Shown: piece by piece, positions 17,532 through 25,531 of the stretch
Layout: each line of letters begins with the position of its first letter
Position numbering within the stretch: the stretch's first letter is position 1
Source of the DNA: a virus
Taxonomy: Duplodnaviria; Caudoviricetes
Reading direction: 5' to 3' (one strand)
Length of the DNA stretch: 46,196 nt
IMG/VR virus record: IMGVR_UViG_3300044487_000006
Coordinates: 1-46,196 of that record
Made by a program: the position numbers and the translations under genes
The notes under the pieces: generated by a model
The model's input: the letters and a program-made list of their open reading frames with translations, nothing else
The model's database searches: none
What the model was told of the DNA's origin: nothing

Positions 17532-17873
17532 TCAGCCCTTGTCCACGTAGTAGTAGATGTTGCAGGAGGTCGCCGCTGCCACCTTGAGCAGGGCGATGTA
17601 GTACCGCCCGTTGCGGACGTAGATGGGCACGGGCACGTCGAAGTTCTTGAGCTGCGGATCCGTCGTCACTGCGGTGCAGCCTGCGCTGTCGATGCACGTC
17701 CGGTAGTACACCGGCCCGTCGCACGACACCGAGTACCACCGGCCGCCGCCGAGCTTGTTGCTCGTGACCGACGCGGCGACGTTGAGCGCCGACTGGAAGA
17801 GATCCTCGTCGGCCCGAGCGGGCGCACTGTAGCTCAGGGCGAGGCACAGCAGTACTGCGGCAAAGCGCTTCAT
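17532..17873 (-). CDS. small secreted beta-rich protein with 4 mature Cys
   Basis: MKRFAAVLLCLALSYSAPARA|DEDL, a classic SPase I signal; AAGGAG RBS. Confidence 0.75.
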   Translation of the reverse strand: MKRFAAVLLCLALSYSAPARADEDLFQSALNVAASVTSNKLGGGRWYSVSCDGPVYYRTCIDSAGCTAVTTDPQLKNFDVPVPIYVRNGRYYIALLKVAAATSCNIYYYVDKG

Positions 17874-17898
17874 GGGTTCTCTCCTTTGAAAAACCGTA

Positions 17899-20800
17899 TC
17901 ACTTCCTGCGAATGCGTGCATCCCGAATGGTGCGGTCCTTGTTGAGTGCGTCCTGTGCAGCCTGAAGCTTGGCGCGGATCTTATCCGAGGTGGGGAACGG
18001 GCCCTTGTCCCACCCCGCCTTGATGTCCTTCTGCCGGCGCGAGAACTCCATCTGCGCGCTGACATCCGAGGGGCCGTAGCCGCGCGTCACGGGCTGAATG
18101 TTGCCGAGGCCGATTGCCTTCATCGCGCCCTGCACCGGAGTGAGCTGCTCCTGATACGGCTGCCGCCCCGGGATTAGGTCGGTCTGCTGCGCCGCCGCGT
18201 AGGCGTTGTTGGCGATGCCCGGGAAGAGGCTCTCTTTGAAGAGGTACGAGATGACCGCCATCGCCCCGGTGTCCGTCACCGGGTTGGGCCGGCCAGCCAC
18301 GGGCGGGTAGGGCGTCGCACCCGTCGTGGCGAGCCCCGTGCGCGCGATGGGCTCCAAGAAGCCGCCCTCGATGGGCGAGATGGCGACGTTGCTCAGAGCC
18401 TTGGCGATGAGGGGGAGCGCCGGGTCGTCAGGCATGACGCCCACGCCCGCGCCCGGGGCCGGGGTGAGGTTGACGCCTTGCAGGTAGCGGAGCGGATCCC
18501 ACATGCGCGTCGCGTCCCAGTACTGGATGCGACCCCTCGAGTCGCGCCAGCCCATGGCGATCTGCACCGGGCGGTAGAACTTCGAGCCCTTGCTGCGCGT
18601 GGCGTCTGCCGCCTGAATGTCCTCGTCGGAGATGCCGTTGAGGTGCTGCATCAGCCCGTTGCCGCCGAGCGCCGCGCCCACCACCATGCCGTTGGCGAGC
18701 ATGCGCCACTTCAGGTCGGGCTCCACGCGGAGGCGGTTGGGTAGCATCAGGTGGATCCGCCCAGTCTCGAAGGCCGCCGTCGCGTAGGGTGCGACGAAGC
18801 CCACAGCGGAGCGGCGCAGCTTGTCGAGCCCCGGGCCGATGAAGGTTGGGTTCCAGAAGGACTGGTTGATGCGCCGAGCCGAGAGCCGCGCGACGGATTC
18901 GAGGATGGCTTGCTGCGTCGGCGAGGCGTTCTCCATCGTGATGAAGCCCTGCGCCAGCGCGCGGAGCTGCCGCGCATCCACGACCGACGCCTGCTCGGGC
19001 TTGAGCAGCCCGACGCGGACCACCTCGGCCCTGTCGCCGTTGGCCCCGAGGTCGGCGAGGAACTTGTCGCGCAGCGCCGCGTAGCTCTGCATGCGGAAGA
19101 AGCGGTCGTTGTAGTCAAGCAGCTCGCCGCCCTTCATCTGGAGGTTGCGGTAGCGGTCGAACAGCTTGCCGTTGATTTTGCCCCACGCATCGAAGAAGCC
19201 GACCGGCTTGTCCTTGGGGAAGATGCCCTCCAAGTCACGGAGGAAGCGGTGCGCGGCGGGGTTGCCGATCTCCTCGTGGCCGAAGCCGAAGAAGTCCGCG
19301 CCCACCCGCTTGGCCTCGGTGACCAGCCAGCCCATGCCCGTCTTGCCCGTGGGGTCCTTGGCGTAGTCGCGCAGGGAGACGTACGCCGTCTTCATGTGCC
19401 GCGCCGACTTCAGCGGGCGCGTCATGTCGAGCCCGCCCGACAGGGTGCCGGACCAGAGGTTCCCCATCGTAGAGTTCAGGATGGGGCCGACGCCGCCGAG
19501 CGCGACCTGATTGCCCTTCAGGAAGCCCAGCGTCTTCGTCACCCACGAGTGCGAAGCAGCATCCACGTTGTTCAGCATCGTGACCGCGCCGAACACGTCG
19601 CGGTTGACGAACTTGTTGGCGGCCGGCCCGAGCTGCTTGTTGTCGGGGAGCTGGTAGGTGCGGCCCGTCGCGAAGTCGGGCTTCTCCGAGATGTGCGGCG
19701 TCTTCATCAGCTCGTGCATCAGCTCCAGTCGCGCCACGAGCGCGCGCTGCGAGCCAAGAGAGATGGACGCGGCGATCTGCCCCGACTCCATCTCACCCAT
19801 GAGCTTGCGGATGTCGGGGTGCACGTCCTTCTTCTTCATCAGCGAGCTGAAGACCTGCCCCGTCGTACCACGCGGGCTGGTGTCGAGGCCGACCTGCGGA
19901 TCTCGAATGATGTCCAGCACCTGATGCGCCACCTCGTCGCGCGTCACCTCGGGGTTGACCTCGCGGACCTTGGTGAAGACGTGCTCGACTCCCTTGTCGA
20001 ACGTCTCCTGCATCGCAGGGCCCGAGACGACCTTCGCCCAGCGCCCGGCCGGCATGGCGTAGGCGAGGTAGCGCCGCGCGAGGTACAGGTCCATCAGGTG
20101 CTGCGAGCGCATGGCCGCCGTGTCGGACGGGACGTAGCCCAGCTCAGCCAGCCGCTGGTCGAGGCGGTTCTTCTCCACGAGGACCGTGTGCGAGAAGAGG
20201 CGCGCGTCCTCCCACATCTTGTCAGTCATCCCGGGCGGGCGCTCCACGTCCTGCCAGATCTTCGTGCCCTTGAAGTAGTCGTACATCTGGCGGTCGGTCT
20301 TGTCCAAGAGCTGCCCGCCGAACTTCTGGCGGAACGCCTTGTACATGTCCTCCGAGCTGCGCTGGAGGGTCTGCCCGGACTGGTAGGACTGGATCCACGT
20401 CGCGAGGTCCGCCGGGCCACGCAGGTGGCGGGCGAGGAAGAAGTCCAGCGCCTTGTCCTTGAGAGTCAGCTTCTGCTGGGCAGCCCCACGCGAGAGGCGC
20501 AGCGCCGAGTCGAGGTCGGCGAGCACTTCGGGAGGCATCGTCTCCCGCGAGGGCTGGGGCATCTCGGGCGGCTCGAAGGTGCCGAGTCCGTTGGCGATCA
20601 TCGGAGTCGGCGTCTTCTTCTGGCCGAAGCCAATCTTCGGCGACGCGCCTCCCTTGTAGCTGCCCGCGCCGAGGCCGAACGCGCCCGGGTTCAGCCCGAG
20701 CTTGGCCGCGTCCAGCACGTCCATCTGCCCGGTGCTAGTCGCGCCTTCCTTCATGGCGGTCAACATCGTGGTGGTGTCGCCCGTGGGCCCCTTCACGGGC

Positions 20801-22827
20801 CCGAGGTTCGCCGTGTCACGGAAGTCCTGCGCTTGGTTGTACAGCCCGGTGGTGCTCTCCGAGTCCGTCGCCTTGGGGGCGAACTTCACCACCTCAGCAG
20901 GTGCCGCAGCCTCACCCTTGAGTGGCGCATTGAAGCGCCAGTCGGAGAAGATCTTGTCGCCCACGCGGATGTACCGGAGGCCGACCGGAATCTCATCGGG
21001 CAGCCGCTTGTTGCCGACCGGGTACACCGGGGTAATCTTGATCTGCCCATCCGGGTGCAGCACTCCCTTGAAGGATACGGGCGTGTAGTCGAAGGGCCCG
21101 TCATCGATGGGCGGCGCGAGCTTCGGCTCGGTCTTGTTCGGCGCGAGGTCAACTGGCGGTGCCTTGGTGTCGTTGTTGTTGCCTTGGTCGGTCGCGTAGG
21201 GCTTGTCGAACCCGGGGCGGAACTTGAGGTTCACCTGCATCGTCTCGTTGGTCGAGTCGAGCAGCTCCTGCATCTTGGTGCGTGCGGCCAGCGCCTCGGG
21301 CGTCACTTGCGCGCGGCGCCATGCGACGAAGGAGGGGTCCTCCCACGGGAGGTGCAGCTCCGCGCCGTCCACGATGACGCCGTGCTTTCGCGCCATCTTG
21401 AAGGCGAGTGCCGTCGTCTCTGGGGTAACGGGCAGCTCAGCCACCTGCGGACCCGTCGCGGTGGTGCCGCCGAAGATGCCGATCCGCGCGTTTCCGTCCG
21501 GGCCCGAGAAGAAGCGGATGAAGTTCACCGTCTCGGGCGGGGGAGCCTCGGTCGGGTTGACCCTGTGCGCGACGAGCAGCTCCTGATGCGCGTCCTCCAG
21601 ACCCTGCGGCGTGAAGAGGGCCACCGTCGTGGGCTTGCGTGCCGACTCGGGCACTGCGGCGGACATCAGCTCGATGCCGCGCTTGGGCTTGATGGCGCTC
21701 TTGAAGCCCTCGTACATCTTGCCCAGCATGGTGCTCGCCGCCGCCTTGCCAGCCGCTGCGACCTGCATGCCGCCGCCGAGCAGCGCGCCACCCTTGGCCC
21801 CCTCTTCGGCGGACATGCCGGGCTGAATCTCCGACTCGGGGCGCGAGGGCAGCATGAGGCCGAACTTCAGGCCCATCTCCGCACCGCCGACAGTGTGCAG
21901 CGCGGTCTTGCCAATCAGCTCACCACCGAGGCGCAGGCCCTTGTTGGCCTTCGCTGCGGCGAGCGCCTCCTCGCCAATCTTCACGTACTTCCCGGTACCC
22001 ACCAGCCACAGCGGCAGCTCGCCGACCTGCTGCCCCACCGACATCGCCGCTGCACCGCCCGGCCCGGCCATGAACTTGTTGCGCATCGCCGCCGCCTTGG
22101 TGGCGTCGGGTGCCCGCTCCAGCACTGCCGGCCCGGCGATCAGCGTCGAAGCGGAGCGCATCAGCATCTCGGCTGCGGCCCTGTCCTCCTTGCTCTGCTT
22201 GGGGCGCGTGTCCCCCAACTTGGCGGCTGCCGTGTCCAGCAGATCCTGCGACTTGCCCCAGTAGTCGAGCGCCTTCTCTACCAGCGGGCGGCCGAACTCG
22301 TCCTGCACCCCGCGCAGGATGGGGTCCGCCACCAGCTCCAGCGCGTGCAGCGTGTTGGGCACCACGGCGCTGCCGGGGGCCATGTCGGCGGGGTTCGCCG
22401 TGTCGTTGAACTTGAAGCCCTTGTCCATCAGGTAGAACTTGAACGCAGCGGCCGGGTCGGTGCTGTGCGTCACCTCGTCGAGCGTCTTGAACCCCGGCTG
22501 CTGCCGGCGCGTGATGTCGAACTTCACCGGCTCGGTCTTGTTCAGGTCGAGCCACGCCTGCTGCATCGCCTCGGTGTCCTTCTTCGGATCGCGGACGGGT
22601 GCGGCCACAGGCATGAGGGCTGGCACGACAGGCGCAGGGGCGGGCGCAGGAGCGGGGGCCGCTGGGGCAGGCACTCCGGCGTCGGTCGCATCAGGGGCGA
22701 GCGGATCCACCTGCGAGGTGTCGGGCACATCTTGGGTGTCAGGTGCTGTGAGCTGGTCGCTCAGGGCGGAGAACTTCTCCTGCGCCCCGCGCAGCTCCTC
22801 GACACTGGGAACCTTTGGCTCAGCCAC
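17899..22827 (-). CDS. large internal virion (DNA ejection) protein
   Basis: 1642 aa, Ala/Gly-rich, no Cys seen, third of three genes after the nozzle as in podoviruses. Confidence 0.75.
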   Translation of the reverse strand: MAEPKVPSVEELRGAQEKFSALSDQLTAPDTQDVPDTSQVDPLAPDATDAGVPAPAAPAPAPAPAPVVPALMPVAAPVRDPKKDTEAMQQAWLDLNKTEPVKFDITRRQQPGFKTLDEVTHSTDPAAAFKFYLMDKGFKFNDTANPADMAPGSAVVPNTLHALELVADPILRGVQDEFGRPLVEKALDYWGKSQDLLDTAAAKLGDTRPKQSKEDRAAAEMLMRSASTLIAGPAVLERAPDATKAAAMRNKFMAGPGGAAAMSVGQQVGELPLWLVGTGKYVKIGEEALAAAKANKGLRLGGELIGKTALHTVGGAEMGLKFGLMLPSRPESEIQPGMSAEEGAKGGALLGGGMQVAAAGKAAASTMLGKMYEGFKSAIKPKRGIELMSAAVPESARKPTTVALFTPQGLEDAHQELLVAHRVNPTEAPPPETVNFIRFFSGPDGNARIGIFGGTTATGPQVAELPVTPETTALAFKMARKHGVIVDGAELHLPWEDPSFVAWRRAQVTPEALAARTKMQELLDSTNETMQVNLKFRPGFDKPYATDQGNNNDTKAPPVDLAPNKTEPKLAPPIDDGPFDYTPVSFKGVLHPDGQIKITPVYPVGNKRLPDEIPVGLRYIRVGDKIFSDWRFNAPLKGEAAAPAEVVKFAPKATDSESTTGLYNQAQDFRDTANLGPVKGPTGDTTTMLTAMKEGATSTGQMDVLDAAKLGLNPGAFGLGAGSYKGGASPKIGFGQKKTPTPMIANGLGTFEPPEMPQPSRETMPPEVLADLDSALRLSRGAAQQKLTLKDKALDFFLARHLRGPADLATWIQSYQSGQTLQRSSEDMYKAFRQKFGGQLLDKTDRQMYDYFKGTKIWQDVERPPGMTDKMWEDARLFSHTVLVEKNRLDQRLAELGYVPSDTAAMRSQHLMDLYLARRYLAYAMPAGRWAKVVSGPAMQETFDKGVEHVFTKVREVNPEVTRDEVAHQVLDIIRDPQVGLDTSPRGTTGQVFSSLMKKKDVHPDIRKLMGEMESGQIAASISLGSQRALVARLELMHELMKTPHISEKPDFATGRTYQLPDNKQLGPAANKFVNRDVFGAVTMLNNVDAASHSWVTKTLGFLKGNQVALGGVGPILNSTMGNLWSGTLSGGLDMTRPLKSARHMKTAYVSLRDYAKDPTGKTGMGWLVTEAKRVGADFFGFGHEEIGNPAAHRFLRDLEGIFPKDKPVGFFDAWGKINGKLFDRYRNLQMKGGELLDYNDRFFRMQSYAALRDKFLADLGANGDRAEVVRVGLLKPEQASVVDARQLRALAQGFITMENASPTQQAILESVARLSARRINQSFWNPTFIGPGLDKLRRSAVGFVAPYATAAFETGRIHLMLPNRLRVEPDLKWRMLANGMVVGAALGGNGLMQHLNGISDEDIQAADATRSKGSKFYRPVQIAMGWRDSRGRIQYWDATRMWDPLRYLQGVNLTPAPGAGVGVMPDDPALPLIAKALSNVAISPIEGGFLEPIARTGLATTGATPYPPVAGRPNPVTDTGAMAVISYLFKESLFPGIANNAYAAAQQTDLIPGRQPYQEQLTPVQGAMKAIGLGNIQPVTRGYGPSDVSAQMEFSRRQKDIKAGWDKGPFPTSDKIRAKLQAAQDALNKDRTIRDARIRRK

Positions 22828-22835
22828 GACTCACC

Positions 22836-24065
22836 TCACTTGGGCCCGGGGCCTTGCGGCTGGGTCGTCTTCTGGTGCGAGTAGATGCTGCCGCCGCTCG
22901 GAGCGCCTCGCTGCGGTCCGAAGCTCAGGGGTCCGCCCTGCCCGTGGTTGGGCTTGGGCTCCACGTTGGTCGCCGGCCCGCCCGGGAGCGAGACGCTGGT
23001 CGCGACCTTCATCTTCAGTTGCAGGTCGTTGAGCACCAGCTCCATGCGCTGGATGCCCGCCTTCGCTTGGTTCAGCGCGTCGGTCGTCTCGGGTGAGGTG
23101 TCGTGCGCCATGATGGCGGCCGACTGCATGCGCGCGTACTCGCTGCGCATCACGCCGAGCTGCTGCTGGACCTGACCCATGATACGGATCTGCTCCGCGC
23201 CCTGCGTCTTGTCCGTCGAGATGGCTTGCAGGTGCTCGAAGCGGGACTGCGCGAGCTGCCACGCGTTGGAGAACTTCGAGATGCCGTTCTCGAACTCGTA
23301 GTTGCGCTCTTTGCGGTCGGCGTTCGCGATGCCCTCCTTCGAGGCGATGCGCTTTTCGGTGCGCTCGGTGTTGCCCGCCTGCTTGTCCGCCTCCACCGAC
23401 TTGCGGCCTTCGGTCTTCTTCTCTTCGAGGCCGATCCGCTGGTCGTAGGTCAGGCCGGGCTGCCCGCGCGGCATGAACTTCGCCGCCGTGTCGCCCGCCG
23501 CCATCACCTGCCCGTAGTCGCGGCGGGTCAGGACCGGGGGCATGGTCATGCCTCCCGGGGCCGGCGGCGTGCCGGGGCCCATCATCGGCGGACCCATCTG
23601 CGGAGGCGGGGCAGTCTGCGGCACAGGAGCGGGGGCCGGCGCACGCCCCGCTGCGAGCGCGCCGGCCACGGGCCAGTCGCTCATCCCACCCATCGGGTTG
23701 ATGCCGCGAGCCTGTGCGCGACCCGGCCCCATCATCGGGAGCGAAGTGCTGGTCTGCGGCGGGCCACTCGGGGCCGCCTGCGAAGGGCCGGCCATGCCGG
23801 GGGCGGATCCACCCTGCGGGCCGACCACGGACGGATCGCCCATCTGGACGCGGATGGCTACCTCCTTGGGAGGCATGCCGCCCGCGAGCAGCTCGTGGAC
23901 CCGCTGAGCCATCGCCCCGCCGAGCATCTGCTCGATGGGCGAAGCCGGGGCGTCCTGCTGCGCCTGTGCCTGCTTGGCCGCGAGCAGCTTGTCGCCCGCC
24001 GCCATGCCACCCTGAAGCAGCTCAAGGTTCTGATTCGCGTAGTCCCACCCTCGTCCGGGCATCAC
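22836..24065 (-). CDS. internal virion (ejection) protein
   Basis: Gly/Pro/Gln/Met-rich with coiled coil, no Cys; position in the module. Confidence 0.65.
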   Translation of the reverse strand: MMPGRGWDYANQNLELLQGGMAAGDKLLAAKQAQAQQDAPASPIEQMLGGAMAQRVHELLAGGMPPKEVAIRVQMGDPSVVGPQGGSAPGMAGPSQAAPSGPPQTSTSLPMMGPGRAQARGINPMGGMSDWPVAGALAAGRAPAPAPVPQTAPPPQMGPPMMGPGTPPAPGGMTMPPVLTRRDYGQVMAAGDTAAKFMPRGQPGLTYDQRIGLEEKKTEGRKSVEADKQAGNTERTEKRIASKEGIANADRKERNYEFENGISKFSNAWQLAQSRFEHLQAISTDKTQGAEQIRIMGQVQQQLGVMRSEYARMQSAAIMAHDTSPETTDALNQAKAGIQRMELVLNDLQLKMKVATSVSLPGGPATNVEPKPNHGQGGPLSFGPQRGAPSGGSIYSHQKTTQPQGPGPK

Positions 24066-24988
24066 AGACCTCCTGACATACCGCCGCTGGATCCACCGCG
24101 ACCGTAGCTTCCGGTCCCGTAGTAGCTGCTACTGTAGGGCCGCTGCGCTGGCGGGCCACCTGCCATCATGCCGCCCACGGACGAGCCGAGCTGCGAGCCC
24201 AGCGACATGCCGCCCGCGCCGCCGTACATCCCGCCGATGACGCCTCCCGCCATCCCGAGGATGCCCTGAAGCGCGCCGCGCTGCGTCTCGTACTGCGAGA
24301 CTTGGTTCTGGTACTGACCTGCCGCGAGCGCCGCCTTGGCTTGGTCCTGCGCCGCGAGGAAGCTGCGCTCATCGCCGATCTGCCCCTGCGCTGCCGCAAG
24401 GCCCACCTGCTGGCGCTGCTGCTGCATCCCGAGCAGCGAGTCCGCCATCACCTTGTTGATAGAAGCGTCGGCCATGCCGCCACCACCCCCGCGACCCGAC
24501 ACCTCGGTGGACGCGCGGCTGCGGATGTCCGCCACGATGGGAGCCACGTCCGGGTCGTGCGGGTTGATGGGCGACATCATGTGCTGGATGAACTGCTGGA
24601 TCCGGTCCTGATTGTCGCGGAGGTACTGCTGCTCCTTCGTCAGAGCCGGCGCGTTGCCGTTGTTCTGCGCCCACCCGCGCAGGGTGTCGAGCGTGGTCTG
24701 GTCGATGTAGCGCCCGTGCTCGCGACCGCCACCGTCAAAGAAGGTGGGCGAGCCGGCCGGGGTGATGCCACCCATCAGCTTCTGGATGTCCTCCTGCGGC
24801 ATGCTGCGGAGCCACTGGTTGACGCGGTTCTGGTCCCACCCCATCGACTGCATGCCGCCCACGATGGACTGGTACTGCTCCAGCGAGATGCCCCGCTGGG
24901 CGAGATCCATGTAGTCTCGCTGCCACGAGCGGGCAATGTCGCCCATCTGCCCTGCGTACGACCCTTGAACCAGAATGTTGCTGGGCAT
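24062..24988 (-). CDS. internal virion (ejection/pilot) protein
   Basis: Gln-rich coil then a GxxxG-rich hydrophobic C-terminus (GILGMAGGVIGGMYGGAGG). Confidence 0.7.
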   Translation of the reverse strand: MPSNILVQGSYAGQMGDIARSWQRDYMDLAQRGISLEQYQSIVGGMQSMGWDQNRVNQWLRSMPQEDIQKLMGGITPAGSPTFFDGGGREHGRYIDQTTLDTLRGWAQNNGNAPALTKEQQYLRDNQDRIQQFIQHMMSPINPHDPDVAPIVADIRSRASTEVSGRGGGGGMADASINKVMADSLLGMQQQRQQVGLAAAQGQIGDERSFLAAQDQAKAALAAGQYQNQVSQYETQRGALQGILGMAGGVIGGMYGGAGGMSLGSQLGSSVGGMMAGGPPAQRPYSSSYYGTGSYGRGGSSGGMSGGL

Positions 24989-24997
24989 GCGCTCTCC

Positions 24998-25531
24998 TCA
25001 GAGTACCGTGTCTACGTCCATCACCAGAATGCTGAAGCCGCTATTCTGCACCACTCCGGCGAGATCCATGCACTTGACCCCGATGGTCGTCGTCGAGGTG
25101 CTCGTCGCCCAGCACTGGCGGTCAGCCGCATTGATGGGCGTGATGAGCACGCCCACGTAGGCGTTGGCCCACGTGCCACTCAGGTTCACCGTCATGATGC
25201 CGGTACTGGTCCAGTTGACGCTGCCGATCTTCGAAGTCCCCTCGTTCTTGGTGCAGGGGTCGGCGGTGCAGTTCGCGACCACGGCCCACGCCTTGGGCAC
25301 GAGGCTCGGGGTCGCCAGCTTGGTGTGCGCGATGGCTGCGTTCGCGTCCACCTTGGCGTTCGTGACGAGCGCCGTCGCTGCGGTGTTGACCGTCGAGAAG
25401 TTGGAGTTGAGGTCCGCGACGAGAATCGTCTCGGAACTGTTCCACACCTTGATGGCGTACGCCGGCCCCATCAGAGCGATCAGCGTCCACGCCAGTGTGA
25501 CTGCGACTGCCTTACGCCACCTTCGGCTCAT
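24998..25531 (-). CDS. short tail fibre or needle-like protein carrying a signal peptide
   Basis: MSRRWRKAVAVTLAWTLIALMGPAYA| then WNSSETILVADLNSNF and VTNAKVDANAAIAHTKLA fibre-like segments; GGAGG RBS. Confidence 0.6.
   Translation of the reverse strand: MSRRWRKAVAVTLAWTLIALMGPAYAIKVWNSSETILVADLNSNFSTVNTAATALVTNAKVDANAAIAHTKLATPSLVPKAWAVVANCTADPCTKNEGTSKIGSVNWTSTGIMTVNLSGTWANAYVGVLITPINAADRQCWATSTSTTTIGVKCMDLAGVVQNSGFSILVMDVDTVL

Noticed and set aside
22620-22680. Short GC-rich tandem-like repeats
   Set aside because: They simply encode a PAPAPA linker in the ejection protein
18751-22884. 1377 aa plus-strand ORF, and other long antisense ORFs such as 26064-28763, 5978-8080 and 32139-33833
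   Set aside because: Shadow frames of real high-GC genes on the opposite strand; Arg/His/Val-rich with no motifs or RBS
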